Part shown: positions 63,301 to 64,000 of the stretch, one piece after another
Numbering within the stretch: position 1 is the stretch's first letter
Layout of the letters: every line of letters starts with the position of its first letter
Source: Raillietiella orientalis
Lineage: Eukaryota
Length of the DNA: 64,000 bases
Direction: 5' to 3'
Assembly: GCA_036172245.1 (NCBI GenBank)
Contig: JAYWIR010000027.1
Coordinates: forward strand, 124,001-188,000
Notes under the pieces: model-generated
The model's database searches: none
The model's input: the letters and a program-made list of their open reading frames with translations, nothing else
Told to the model about the DNA's origin: nothing
Position numbers and translations under genes: made by a program

Positions 63301-64000
63301 TACGGCGGGGGGACCAGAGAGTGGTGTGGGGGGGGGGGGCAGAAGCGCGTGGAGAGCGCCTCTTCTCCCGCCGCGATCCCCTGACTTCCTCTTCGAGGCA
63401 CCCGCACGGAGGGCGCCCGATACGTTCGGGGATCCCCTACGAGTCCGACGCTCCCCGCGTAGCCAGGAGGCGGCAGAGGGCGGCCTCCCGGATCGCAGAC
63501 CCTCCTCCACTTGGTCGGTTCAGAGGGACCTCAGCTCGAGGGCGTGGCAGGAGCGACGCAGCCTCCCCTCACCCACCCACGGAGGGAAGGGTACGGTGCC
63601 CTTGAGCGTTCGGGGGGAAGCGACTGCCCGGCGCTGCTCGCGGGAAGAGGCGGGTATCTGACCCGGCTCCCATGGGGGAATGGGGGGCGGTGCCACCCGT
63701 GATCCCGGTCCAGGGGCTCAGGTGCTGGAGGGGGTCTGCTGAGCAGCCGGGCAACTGTGGCGAGGAGGTGTGCCAAATGACTTCCCTTCTCTCCCTCCAC
63801 CCCACCCTCGCGCAACCTCGGGACGGTTGCCCCTCCTTCCGGAAAGCGGGGGCAAGGAAGATGGACGCCGGACGAGCCCACCCCTCCGCCGCCAGGTGGA
63901 CGCGGCAGAGGGGTCGCCTCCTTTCCCCTTCTCCCCACTTTGGTGCTCTCATCGTGCGCGGTTGACGCTTCAGCCACCTCCTGCGCACGCGCGTTGTCGC

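Overview
Eukaryotic, intron-containing genomic DNA from an animal. Introns of 44-76 nt and TTTCAG/TTTTCAG acceptors suggest a nematode, possibly a clade I worm such as Trichuris; this is inference, not identification. Three genes are well supported. (1) An ANKRD50 orthologue with an uninterrupted CDS (+, 18921-22532; P-loop NTPase domain, 13 ankyrin repeats, C-terminal ETFL PDZ-binding motif). (2) An 11-exon ATP7A/B-type Cu(+)-transporting P1B ATPase (-, 28638-22629), reconstructed by hand with consistent splice phases; it lies tail-to-tail with ANKRD50, with 96 bp between the stop codons. (3) The first two coding exons of a gene with an N-terminal Shroom/PDLIM-type PDZ domain (+, 40463-40684 and 54622-54764), split by a 13.9-kb intron and therefore not visible as one ORF. 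Much of the GC-rich non-genic DNA carries heavily decayed 3' fragments that resemble R1/I-group non-LTR retrotransposons (about 8 candidates, recognised by eye). Also present: a 63-bp x4 minisatellite, short tandem repeats, long G/C tracts and two weak orphan exon candidates. No tRNA, rRNA or CRISPR array was found. Most long ORFs in the track look like GC-rich noise.
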